Shown here: positions 40,907 to 53,100 of the stretch, piece after piece
How the letters are laid out: every line of letters starts with the position of its first letter
Numbering within the stretch: the stretch's first letter is position 1
DNA from: Trichoplax adhaerens
Lineage: Eukaryota > Animalia > Placozoa
Length of the DNA stretch: 64,000 bases
Direction of reading: 5' to 3'
Assembly: GCF_000150275.1 (NCBI RefSeq)
Contig: NW_002060946.1
Location: forward strand, 6,987,855-7,051,854
Notes under the pieces: model-generated
What the model was told of the DNA's origin: nothing
Seen by the model: the letters and a program-made list of their open reading frames with translations, nothing else
The model's database searches: none
Translations under genes and position numbers: made by a program

Positions 40907-41763
40907 TACTGTATCCTATTGGGCAGTTTGCTCAACAATAATGTTGATGCTGCCATGCTGGCATGTTGATTTATTATTGGATTGTCACTTTATTGACATG
41001 AAGTGGCAGAGTAGCTTGAAAGTGATCTAGTGTATTGTATAAGAAGCGAAGCGACGCTGGCATCGGATAGACTACCGTCTGGACGCAGTCAATACAATAC
41101 AGTGTACAGTACACTAGTACAAACTACTCCAGTCTTTTTTTTAGTACTGTAACAATCTGGCCACCACTCTCCAGTACGGACATCGATCTCACTTTGTGCG
41201 TCATACGTTTGCACTTGAGTGGTTGTCTGATTGACGCTACTACTCTTTGTAGTCTATTATTGTGGTCGCATAGCGGGAATAATGTCGTCATCATTAGCGT
41301 CAACCATGGATGGATACAGTCTAAAACTTGTAACGCACCGACGATCGTGTTGATACAGTATGCAGACGACAATTGAATACTGTACTGTGCCACTTGGCGA
41401 TGGCAGTGGGTCTCTTTCTGCTGTAAATTATCCATATTGGATCAGGATTAGTCAGGACAATTGGGGATTGCATTGCTAAATCCACCGTCATTCTTTTCTT
41501 TCATACTGTACACTGTAGATCGCCCTACTGTAGATTATCGCTCTGTCACTCACTACGCAAGGACACTTTAAAATCAAGGAGTTGCTACTTAGAGCATTTC
41601 ATTCTTTCACTTATTCAGAAGAAGTTGGTTGGTTAGGAAAGGAAAATTCTCAGTGAAAATTCAGATTCATTAACGCCAATTGATTACCACAGTCTTGGAT
41701 ATATTTCCTTGTGGCTCCAATAGTATTGATACTGCTATCAATTGGCCATATTACGCTACCACG

Positions 41764-44700
41764 ATGGATCGACTATTCCTACTCTTATTTCTTTGCATTA
41801 ATCTCTTCAACTTGGCAGGTAAGCGCAATATTGAATTTCGTCTTGGGATCATTGCGTACTCAGTAGAATCAGTAATAGCAGTTGAAATAGTTTTTTGATA
41901 GTGGAAAAACAGACTAATCATGGAATTACTCCTACGAAGATGGATCATCATCATTCCAAAAATGTTAACAAGTCATCATTTAAATCTCGATCTTGTCAGT
42001 AGACTTCATTAGGTTATTGTTCCACCAAGGACCAATTAGTAGAAGACAGGATACAATCATTGCTTTCGTGTTGACTTTCATCCAATGCTGATCGTGATAA
42101 TTGTGGTAATCCTTGCTTTGACGCATCAAGTCGTCAATGCACTATAACGGTAGACATGTTTCTAGCATCTTCTGAAAAAGACGGTCTTAAGAGAAAAAAA
42201 AATAGAATAAAACCGATATGAACGTTGTGTAGAATCTGGTAGAATTTTCGTGCAGTAGACGTATACGCGTAGATAGCGCAAGCGAACTGATAAACTATTA
42301 TTTAAAGAATGACTGAACACAATCAGTGTAATAACTAAACCGTCAGCAAATAGTCTTGTTCAATTCAGTAGATTAAAATGAACCGATTAAATCAATAGGC
42401 TGGCCATAGTGGCTAAAAAAATCAGTCAATTTCTTGAAAAGCCAATTCACACTGTCTTGTCGAAGAATATCAATGTTTATGCATGGCGAAATGTTGATAT
42501 TGTACAGTACGATAGAAATATCCAGCTATTGTTCATAGAACACAGATGGTCGCCATCCATTACTCTACTCTCTTAATCATACTGGTGATCAACTCTAGTC
42601 CTATTTTTGAGCACTTATCTTATTCTCTTAACCTTATCAACGTAGATATGCAGTTCATTAAATGAATTAGGTCTGTCGAAATAAGAAATGATCATCATTC
42701 TTGCTCTAATCAGAAGAGCAAGTACATCAATACTTCCAATAGTATTTATACGCGTGTTCTATTGGCTATGGCTATAAGTGTAGCGATCAGTTCTTGAAAA
42801 ATAATCTAGTTTGGTGTAATTGCTTGTATACCGTACGCATGATGAAGTGGAAGTTAAGTTAATAAACTCAATTGCATTTCTTCATAATATGCTAATGTAA
42901 CTGTTACATCCTGTTATGTAATCATCATTTTCAATGTCTTCAACGTGCTGCTTGGAAACCAGATAAAATTGCTATTACATCATTCTGCTTCTGGGAACTG
43001 CTGTTAGTAAACATTACACCCAGTACAGAGGATATTGTACACTGTACAGTAAAGACGCGTATGAGAAAAAATTTATAATTAATTAACCGCTTTTAAGTTT
43101 ATTTTTTTAAATATACTGTAAATAATCAAAATTGTTTGATCAACCTAGCCTGATAGTATCAATCCAGATAGTATTTATTTATACTGTATAATAGTGGAGA
43201 GATCCGTCCAAAATCAATTTCCAACTGTAGATGCTGTACTACGGCTGATGATGGCAATAAATATCAGTAAAATTACCTTCACAGTCCTTAATAATCCTAT
43301 TTGCATGTTGAATAAACAAATGTTACTATTTGGATATTTCAATCGTTGCAGTGAAAGCACCGTTTTCACGACCCTCTTAATACCATCGTTGACTGGAGGC
43401 CAACGTATATTTTGATTGTAATAGTTATCCGAGACGTGCTCACTCTTAAAGTATAACTTGCCAAAAAATCCGTTCGTAAATACTTGACGATAACTTGAAA
43501 TAGGATCATAATAGTGCTGCCCACTATTGTATTGAACTTTGGTTAGATAGCACTGTCAATGTACGAATAGTTTGCTTTTATCTTATCTGGTTCAAGAAAA
43601 CGACAAGGTATCATAGCGGGATGGTCTTTCTATCGATTGCAAAATCAAATTTTGAGTAGCTATAGTTTACTCTGTATCAAACAATACGAGTATAGCAGAC
43701 AACATTAGTACTTGTACAGCGCTGCATAAAAATATTCCACTAAAATGATGAAAAATACAATAAAAAACTCCGAAATTATCAACATTCAACTCTGCCACAT
43801 GTGATAGCGTCGATTGATAATATAATTTTAATTCAACTTTACGTAACGAAAATTACTAATATAATAACTGTTGTATTATTTATGACTCGAGTACTAAGCG
43901 CAATGATATACTTATTTGGAAATGGTAATTAACTTATTCTTCTTTACTTTGAAATATACAGATTCTTTTGGCATAGAACTTGACGACAGTTACAGTGCAA
44001 GGCGCGGTAAACCGTTTAGCGTCAAAGTTAAAATTGTAGGAGGTACACCACCTTTTAAATACCTCTGGAAATTTAATGGGACAACAGTTTCGACAAAGGA
44101 AACCTTTCGAATCGAAAAGGTAGCACTTCAAGATGGTGGTGACTATTATTGTCAAGTTACCGATTCTAAGAACAAAGTTGCCACAACAACTTTCACTCTG
44201 AATATAACATGTAAGTTTGCATTTTCATAGCTTTCCAAGCTAGTATTGATCGTAAACGATTAATTGAAGTTTTTAACAGTGGTGATGGTGATTATATATA
44301 GTGATTTGTATTTCATGCTGATAGAATTTTACTACATGTTGTATCAATTGTTTCTTGCACTATATTAATATACTGTATATAGATTTAGACACCACTGATT
44401 CCCAAGAAAAAATCAATGTCATTACGGTTAACCGTAGTGGCAATGCATTACTGGATGCTAGTGCCAATTGCTACACTAGTGGAATGATGAGAAACTGGAG
44501 TGTTACAGTGAGTCCAGACTGCGTAAACATCAATTACACCGACCCATTAGTGTCATTAGATACTGGTACTAACATGTACGAATTGCAAAATGGTTCATTC
44601 GTAATTGAAAATGTTGAAATTAAAGATCGCAAAAAATGCTTTATCTGTTCAATATTCTGTGGAAGCATACATGCCGAATTAAGATATCGTTTGAACGTAA

Positions 44701-47087
44701 TATGTAAGTATCGAGATTTTAATATTTGCTGTAACGTAATTTTACGGTATCGTGACACGATCATGCGTATATATACGTGTATATTCAGTAGATCAAAATC
44801 TTAAATCCTAGCTATAAATAGAGTTTTGACCCACTATTTACTTAAGGCTGTGAACTCTATTGTTGACTATACGTTGTACCACTGCTAATTATAGTCAAAT
44901 AATATAAAATTGTATCGTTATTTTCTATATTATAGACTTCAACGGATTTTCAGATTTCCCGAAATCACAGATAACAATCAATCAGTCTTCAACTTTAGAC
45001 TTGAATTGTAGTGCTGATGGAAATCCGCCCCCACGTGTAGGTTGGTTTAAATCATCTGTTCAACTTGGTCATGGCTGGAAGTATGGTACAGCATCATATA
45101 AAATTGCCAATGCTACTCGAAATGCAACGGGAGTGTATACATGCAAGATTAAAGCTGGAAACTTTAATCCGGAATTATCGAACAGTACCACTATTGTTGT
45201 CCAGTGTAAGATTTACGTTCGCTATTTTTCTTCGTCGTTCTTGCGATATTGACGAATTATAGCATATTTATTGATTGTATAGCTGTAATCGAAGTTAATG
45301 CAGATCCAGATGAGAAACATTGAAGCCGTCATGCTTAATTCGCTATAAGATAGACAAAAGAATTACTTAGTAGTTGATGCACTTACTATAAGAACTGCGT
45401 ATTTTATGTTTAATTTAATCAAGTAAAAATTATTTCTATTTTAATACAGATATTGATAATAAATTAATCTTTCATCGCACAAAGGCTGACATGCCTCGTC
45501 TGGGTTCGAAGTTGCCTTATGAGCTTAGTTGTACAGCGCAAGGCTATCCAGTTCCTACCTTTAAGTGGTATAAAGATCAGAAGAATTACGATAATGATGT
45601 AACCAGTCTGCCCAATCATAATACGAGTACAATAACTTGGAAAAGATTTACTGCTGCTAATAATGGTATTTATACATGTCAAGCTACCAATATCGTAAAG
45701 TCGGTTTCGAGCAGCAAAGCTGTCTTTCTTTATGGTATGCTTAGTTTTAAAGCTATTACATTTATACGTAAATTATTCGAAAATGAGACTACCACCTATT
45801 ACAGTTTTGCTTTGTTCCAACGTAACCAATTTCGATTACCAGCTCAAAATCAATGGCTTGAACTAGTAAAAATTGGATCTAATTTATGTTAAATTTTTTT
45901 TAATTTTAAAATTCATAGAACCTGCTAAGATCACTGTTGCCCCTTTTAACAATCACCATCCTATACAAGAAGTGGAATTTGGGAAATATATCAACATAAC
46001 TTGTTCAGCTACTGGTTTTCCAACTGCTGAAGTAAAATTAGAAATACAGGACAAAAATATGCATACTAGCGAATCCAATACGAAGGAGGGAAAATCATCA
46101 GCTTCCCTATATCACTTATTTGAAATGAGTGACAACAATTCAAATGTTATTTGCACGGCTAGTATCACTTTTCGAGGGCATGCCTATTTCACTGTGCGGA
46201 GCTCTCATCTTATAATAGTACGTAGTATGAAAGGATCACCTGTGGGTAAGAATATTACTATGCATTTGTATAGATGCAAATTGAATTTATAGAAAGTAGT
46301 AGTGTTAAATCACTTACAATAGTGCAACGTGTAAGCTGAATTGTTGATATTTCATTTTACACTCGGCATTTCATTGTTATGCTATACAGTTATCGCTACA
46401 AATAGTAATAGAAATATATTATGTATCCTTGTAATAAATTTAATTTGATAACTAAGATGTTGGTTTACTTTTCGTTAATTTAGCCACCGGATTGGGCATA
46501 TTTTTTGGAGCTTTGTTAACAATTTTGTTGATCTATTTGATCTACAAGCGCAAATATAGAGTAATTAAATCATACTTTAAAAGAACTGGTAAGATTATTT
46601 GATATACGACATTCCATTAGTGTACAGAGAGTTTTCTACCATAGCATTTTATTGAATATGGCTATCAATCGATTGAGTGAGTTTTATAATCCTTAAATAA
46701 TGGCTTATTTCAATAGATTATTCCAAAATGGACAGTACCTATGCTTCCAATGGTATTAATGGCTGTCACTCTGGTGATTCTCGTACTTATAAAAATAAAA
46801 TTCCTTGGCATAAGCGCATGAAAGTTAGCGTTAATAAACTTCGTAACTTGGATATTGAGGATGATGATTGGGATATTCAGTGTCACGATGGAGATCAGGA
46901 TCATTCAAGAGAAGTTAGTAATAGCGTATATCTAAATTGTTTTAGTGATAGTAAGTGATTTTACTTGTCATTTTTTTAGAACTATTCTTACCTAAATATT
47001 ATTGCATTCTTTTAATAGGGCGAAAGTGGAGGGCTAATTTCTAAATCTAATCGAACAGCGGGCAATACTTTTTCCACGGACATTTAG
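41764..47087 (+). CDS. Immunoglobulin-superfamily single-pass membrane protein (5 Ig domains, TM, cytoplasmic tail ending STDI)
   Basis: Signal exon 41764-41818 (MDRLFLLLFLCINLFNLA); phase-1 Ig exons 43962-44210, 44383-44703, 44936-45205 (LNCSADGNPPPRVGW..GVYTC), 45450-45734 (LSCTAQGYPVPTFKW..GIYTCQATN), 45919-46245; TM exon 46484-46588 (GLGIFFGALLTILLIYLIYKRK); cytoplasmic exons 46717-46913 and 47019-47087 (stop TAG). Confidence 0.9.
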
Positions 47088-48209
47088 TTTGAAGAAAGAA
47101 CTATTCGTTGTAAATTTTTACTATTAAGATATTAATAGATCATTAAATATTGGTTGAATAATTATATATATAATGAGACTTCTAACAGCTAAAATTGCCT
47201 TATGTTTGGTATATTTGTAGTTGTACATTGCCAATTTTATAAGATACTTTCTCGTTTTTGATGTTAAAAGTTCATTAAGCTCAACGTAGAAATTTTGTAT
47301 CGATATAGAGGATTAAACAAAATGATAACTTAGACGAGGCCACTTGCAGAGTGTCCATCTTTACTCTTAACTTATCGTAACAATTGTATATTGTCAAGCT
47401 TAATACTGCCAATCTGCTAGCGGTATTAGTTGAAATCGGTTACATTATTTTGTGTATAGGTACTACAGCTATCTAAAAGTAATGCATTTCAGCCACCACC
47501 ACATAAGTATGTTATACAAAATGTAATGCAATTTGTTAAAGGTAGCAGCCGTTATGATTATTTTTTCTGTACTTGAGGTTAAATAAGCTTTTAGCAGTAA
47601 ACTTCTTGCAGTATAAATATTATTAAGTTACGCCGAAACAGATTAAGAAGCCTTGTAACTAATATTTACTTAATACAAGATTGCGGTGCTATGACTTGAA
47701 ATAAGTTTAAATAAATCTGGAGATATTAAATTTTATGTCTTCCTCTATGAATTACAATCTGTAGGGAGTAGGGAGGAATAAGTAATACTCTGGCAAGATA
47801 ACTATATTCTAGTGAGTAGGTGCGTTGTATAGTAACTATTTGAGTATATACTAGTGCAAATTTATTTTTTTCTACTTTACTCTATCATACTACTGCACTA
47901 CTATATTATCTAGTGCAAAATAGCATATGATAGTATAGTAGTAGGCGTAGTATACTATATATCATACTATACTTCAGCGAAGAAAAAAATCTATATAGCT
48001 TATACTTTTAATTATAAGGGCCGTAAGCCTAGCAGTGACTCAGTCCAGTAGAGCATAGTCATCTAGGCAGTTCATCACTGGACATTGACGTAGGTATGCT
48101 CATAGTAGAGTACAGACACATTATCCAGCAAGCATTAAATTTACGTAAATTTAACATTTACAGTAATGCGAATAAACTGCACACTGTTTGCGTATCTGCA
48201 AAATCCGTG

Positions 48210-48651
48210 TGTCACAAACCAGCTTCGTGACAAGGATAACGTAAAACAAATCTCTAAATTACTATAGTCTCCGGGATTCAGTATCCCTTAGCTACCTCAC
48301 AAGAATTTAGACGCCTTTGATTCTACGTTAAACTCAACTAGACAATTGAGAACTATTTTATTCAACTATCTGACGGGTTTATATACCCTTCTACAGCAGC
48401 TAACAATCATGAGTCATCTTATAAAAATACTTGGGTGAGAACATCTACTAACTAATTTTTCACAGTCGGACTACAATATGTCCATTCACAGAATCATTTC
48501 AGTGCACATTACACCACAGCATTAAATTTACTGTAACACATTTACAATTAGAGCAATTTCTATTGTAAGTAACTAGTTGTAATATATTATCACTATATTA
48601 TATTAACCAAATTTAGATAGCTATTTCTTCACGGTAGTTCGTACCGTGACA
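48210..48651 (+). mobile_element. Solo LTR-like element, copy 2 (442 bp)
   Basis: TGTCAC...GTGACA flanked by a perfect 5-bp TSD CCGTG (48205-48209, 48652-48656). Colinear with 5166-5600, with scattered substitutions and small indels. Confidence 0.85.
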
Positions 48652-50182
48652 CCGTGGATAAATCTTCGTATGGTGTACGCATATATCAGATATCTTTATA
48701 ATGCGATATCACGTTGTAACAGAGATTTAACTATTTAGAAGACCAAAATCAGTTGAGTAGTAATGTATTTTATAAGTTAATTAAAGAACTATTATGTGCG
48801 GCACTTTTAATTGGCTTAATATCCAAATTTTCCGAAATTCAGCGGTAACAAAAATGCAAATGTTCGCCGTTTTACTTGAATGGAAATTTTAACATCGTAT
48901 CATACTACCTGATAAGCTACTTTAAAATTTATCGTATTTTCGACATTAAGGTGAAAATTAAATAAAATCTTATCATTAATAAAGTAACTACTTAATTAAA
49001 CTGGATTTGTTAATTTTTAGAAAACCACCGAAGTTCTATTCAGCTTTTGGAGAATTGTTTCGTTTCTAAGCGAGCCAGCTATTGCATAGGTTTATTCATC
49101 AAGTTGGTCACAGTATCCACAGGATTATGGTTCTAAATAAAATACAAGTGCATAGCAGACCAGTTAAAGTTCGACTCCATGATGTTGATTAAAGTTTGAA
49201 ATACTTGGGTGTATGGGAAGTTAAAGCAAATTCCGTGGACTTTACTAGCTGATCGAAAAAGATCCATAATGTAACTCGTCGCTAATTGGTAACTTTAGAA
49301 ATTTTTTCTAAAGGCTAGCCCGAGTACTAAATATCGACATTGCACCACAGTAGTCTATTGTGATTTATCAAGTAAAACATAGCTGATATAAATGATTGTA
49401 TGTATTTTTCCGTTTAAATATCTAGTCTTCAGTGTAAGGTCGACTTTTATTACTGCACTTCTCTCATTGGCTGTACTCATTCTTTTTCTACGTACAGTAC
49501 CGAGCCATAACATAATGGTTTTTAGCTACAGTGATTGAAAGATTTTTAAATTACTTTGATAGACTTTATGTATTCTTACACTTAACTATCAATTGAAGAG
49601 GTAAATGATTTATATCTGCTAGTATAACTAATGGTTAGATTAAAATACTAAAAAATATTTCAATTGTATTAACGAGCGATTTATCGCATTAAAGAATATT
49701 GCTAGAATGATGTTTAGCTATTGCTTAGGTCAAGGCAAAGTTCTATATGTGCATCTTGTAATATAATATAACGGAAAGTGGATACAAATCGTGAAATTGA
49801 TATTTGGCAATTACCGTACATGAGAATGTGTAACGTTACCGAAATTAATTAACTTAAATAGTTATTGACGTTAGTATAGGTGATTCTAAATTAGTTAAGA
49901 TATCTAGATAATTATAATAACGTTATCGACAAAAGGTATATGAAAAATATATTCAGTTATTATTTATGCTTTATATAGGAAAGTAGATCATAATACGCGG
50001 CACATTAGTGTCAGCAGTAGCTGCTAATGTACTAGTTAGGAAGTTTTAATTGCTGGTAAGGTATTAGAATACATTTTAAATAAGTTGTATACGAAGTAAG
50101 GTCTTTCTGTAATTGTTCGCTCTTATCCTCGGAATTATTAAATTGAAAATTTAAATGGTATGGTAAAAATTTCTTCGGATAT

Positions 50183-53100
50183 TTAGATAATTGAGCTAGC
50201 AAATTTCATGGTTTCATTCACCTTCAAGATCCTCGTCATATGAATATCTTCATCTTTAACATAAAAAATATAAATTACTTTTAATGCAGAGAGATGAGAA
50301 ACTTTTTTCTATGATCACTATTTAGCTTAAATTAACCTTAAGCATATAGAGACAATAAGTAAGTGCATGTACTGATGACATTGCTAAAAATTCTATTAGT
50401 ACTCCGCTGCTTCATTTATTGTAACCATATGTTAGTATTGTTAATTAACTGTTCGCATATTTGATTTTAATATTTATAGTTCTCGTAACGGATATTAAAT
50501 AGAATTTATATCAATCCCAGTAGGTGATCATATAGTTTCTTAAAAGAGTTTGCTAATAAATCTTTGAATTTTATGAGGATGCGAAATAATGTAAGTTCTA
50601 ATCATACCATGATATAATATAGCCGCCTTAACTTTTGATTCTTGACTCTTTGGGCTATCAAACTTATTTTTATTTAATCTTTGGGCATTCTACAAGTAAA
50701 TAACTTATATTGGATATATTTCGATGGAAATAGTTGAAATTTAGATCCAAATTTTGCACTGTTTCATCTCCTCGTGAAAAATACATACTAAGTACACATT
50801 TCCCTACCTCCATGGCATGCGGATAAGAACTGCCAGAAGAACTGTTGGCTTCCGAACTGTGTATCGTAGTGGAAGTACGCAGACCGACTTTTCTTGTTAG
50901 GGCTAGTCTAACCTGTAAATATATTTCACAATCAGCTTTTCTTGTCCTTCTATGCCTTAAATTTACATGATAACATCACAGACATACAGTAAGTGTTATA
51001 AGAGATTGATATAATCGCTTTGTTGTACCTCAGAATTTAATATGCAGTGAAATATGAAGAACAGGAAACCCTAAGACATGAAAGTAAAACTTTGCTCAAC
51101 ATTCAGCTTTTAGCAGATTAATTATGTTTAAAGCAAGGAATGTTTTCTAATTTTACCTGTAGTCCATTGAAGATTACGAATAGATAACTGAGGACTACAG
51201 AATGATCGTCTACTGAAATGATTCCGAATAGCCATGTGATTCCAAGAATAGGCAGCAAAATAAACGTGGCTTTCGATGCAACTCTACGTACCGGTATCAG
51301 CGGTAATAAGGGTTAGTCTAGTTGATTGTGCGTTTGAACAATTCATGCATGCAAACTTAAAGCTTCTACTTATTAAAACTTAAGTTTAATGAATTCTATA
51401 CTTTTCACGAAAATTCTAAAATCTATAAGGAATTGTATTAAAAAGGGCTTATAGTAAATTAATTTTGCTAATAGTAATAATAAAATATGTTTTCATCCTC
51501 AGTAGAAAGATCTGAAATGTTTTTTCTAGAAATAAATTAATTATCATATATTGCAAGAAACACTAATAAAGTACCGTATACCGTATCAAAATCATTAGAC
51601 TTCGAGATCAAGTAGTACCTACCGAACACGTCGTAACTCATTTCTTCTTTTCTGAGTTAATTGAAATTTTGATTTGTTGTATGTTATACGCACCACGGAT
51701 ATCAAGACTATAATATTGATCTGCGAAAAACATAGCAAGTAAAGTTGACTTTTTAAGTCGTTTTCCGGTGAAAGTAGGCTATAGACTTTTAATTTATCTT
51801 TATGTAGAGTAGCTGTATGCAATCTGGATTTTACTATGCAGTATGCATATATAATACTTAATTAAAATGAAATAATACAAAAATTTCATAATGTAGAGGA
51901 TTAAAACTTACCGATATAACAAATAGGACAGGACCGACAAATGTCCAGATCAAACCATCATATACAGATAGCCAACAACTAGGTGAATATGTAACTGCCA
52001 AGTTAGAAACTGATTTATGCAAATTTACTTAATGATCCCTTAATCTTTTATATCATTTGATTATATTTAGCATATCGACTTACATTTTATTTTTTCCGTA
52101 ACTTGAAAATCTCATACCTGCAGCGGTAATTGTGATAACGGCTGGTGTACCTGAAGATCATTGTATAGGAAAATAGGATACATTTTAGGTAAAATGAACT
52201 ACTCCAACTTTACAGAGGCATACGAATATATTATCTATCGTTATAAGAATGCTTTCTCACCCCAGCCGAATATATAATACAGTTTTAGTTTGGAAGAAGT
52301 ATTAAAAACCGAAATAATTTGCAAATATAGATGAAAGCCTTCCATTAGCATCCATGAAAACATGGAGAGTAGGAAAAAGTGCAATACAATGGCTATAACT
52401 CTGCACAGTTCCTATAATTAGGTTAAGTTAGAAAGCACGAGTTCAAAATTTTATACAGATGAAAAGCCATTATTTAGGAAGCAATAGGTTATAGCTCATA
52501 AATAGATCTATAAATCACTTGAAAGAAAATGATATAAAAAATTGCTACTATTCTCGTATCTAATCTACGTCATCGTGTAAAAGAAATTCAATTGATAGCG
52601 CTTACTTGAGTATTTTTAACGGGCTCAAAGTCGGTAAAAATAATGCCAATTTGAGATATTAGCATGGCAAATGCTAAATTGATATGAATCTGGTAACAGT
52701 CAACTTTGATTCTACAAGATATGATAATGTCGAAAATTTTATATTTCTTACATGAAGCAAATATTTATGAATGCCGCTGAATTAATTGTGATAGAAACGA
52801 TATTCCAATAAATTACAGTCCTTCTACGCTTTTGAGTAAATATTTATGTACATCTTATTAAAATATAAGGCTTGATTAAAGTTTATTCTAATTAGAACAA
52901 TGGATACTACTGTAAATGTGTCACTAAATGAAATTGTAGATTAAGGTTGTGAAATTATATCCTATAATCTAGAAGTAGGATATTATCGGTCTATCCCAAA
53001 TTATGAGAAAGTGTTACGCTAAGGATGCAACATAAATCTTAGATATAAGGTTATTTACTCTCTGGTAGAGAAGAGAATTTTATTTCTAAGCAAATGTGAT

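Noticed and set aside
41031-41101. Inverted repeat as a pre-miRNA
   Set aside because: Only the outer 10 bp pair well; the interior is branched and mismatched.
49160-49180. B-box-like GTTCGACTCC (also ggttcgaaatc at ~22602)
   Set aside because: No cloverleaf or A box nearby, so no tRNA or SINE can be supported.
51157-51283. Possible frameshift in the TM6-7 exon of aGPCR B
   Set aside because: By coordinates the exon is 127 nt, identical to the paralog, which is consistent with an intact frame.
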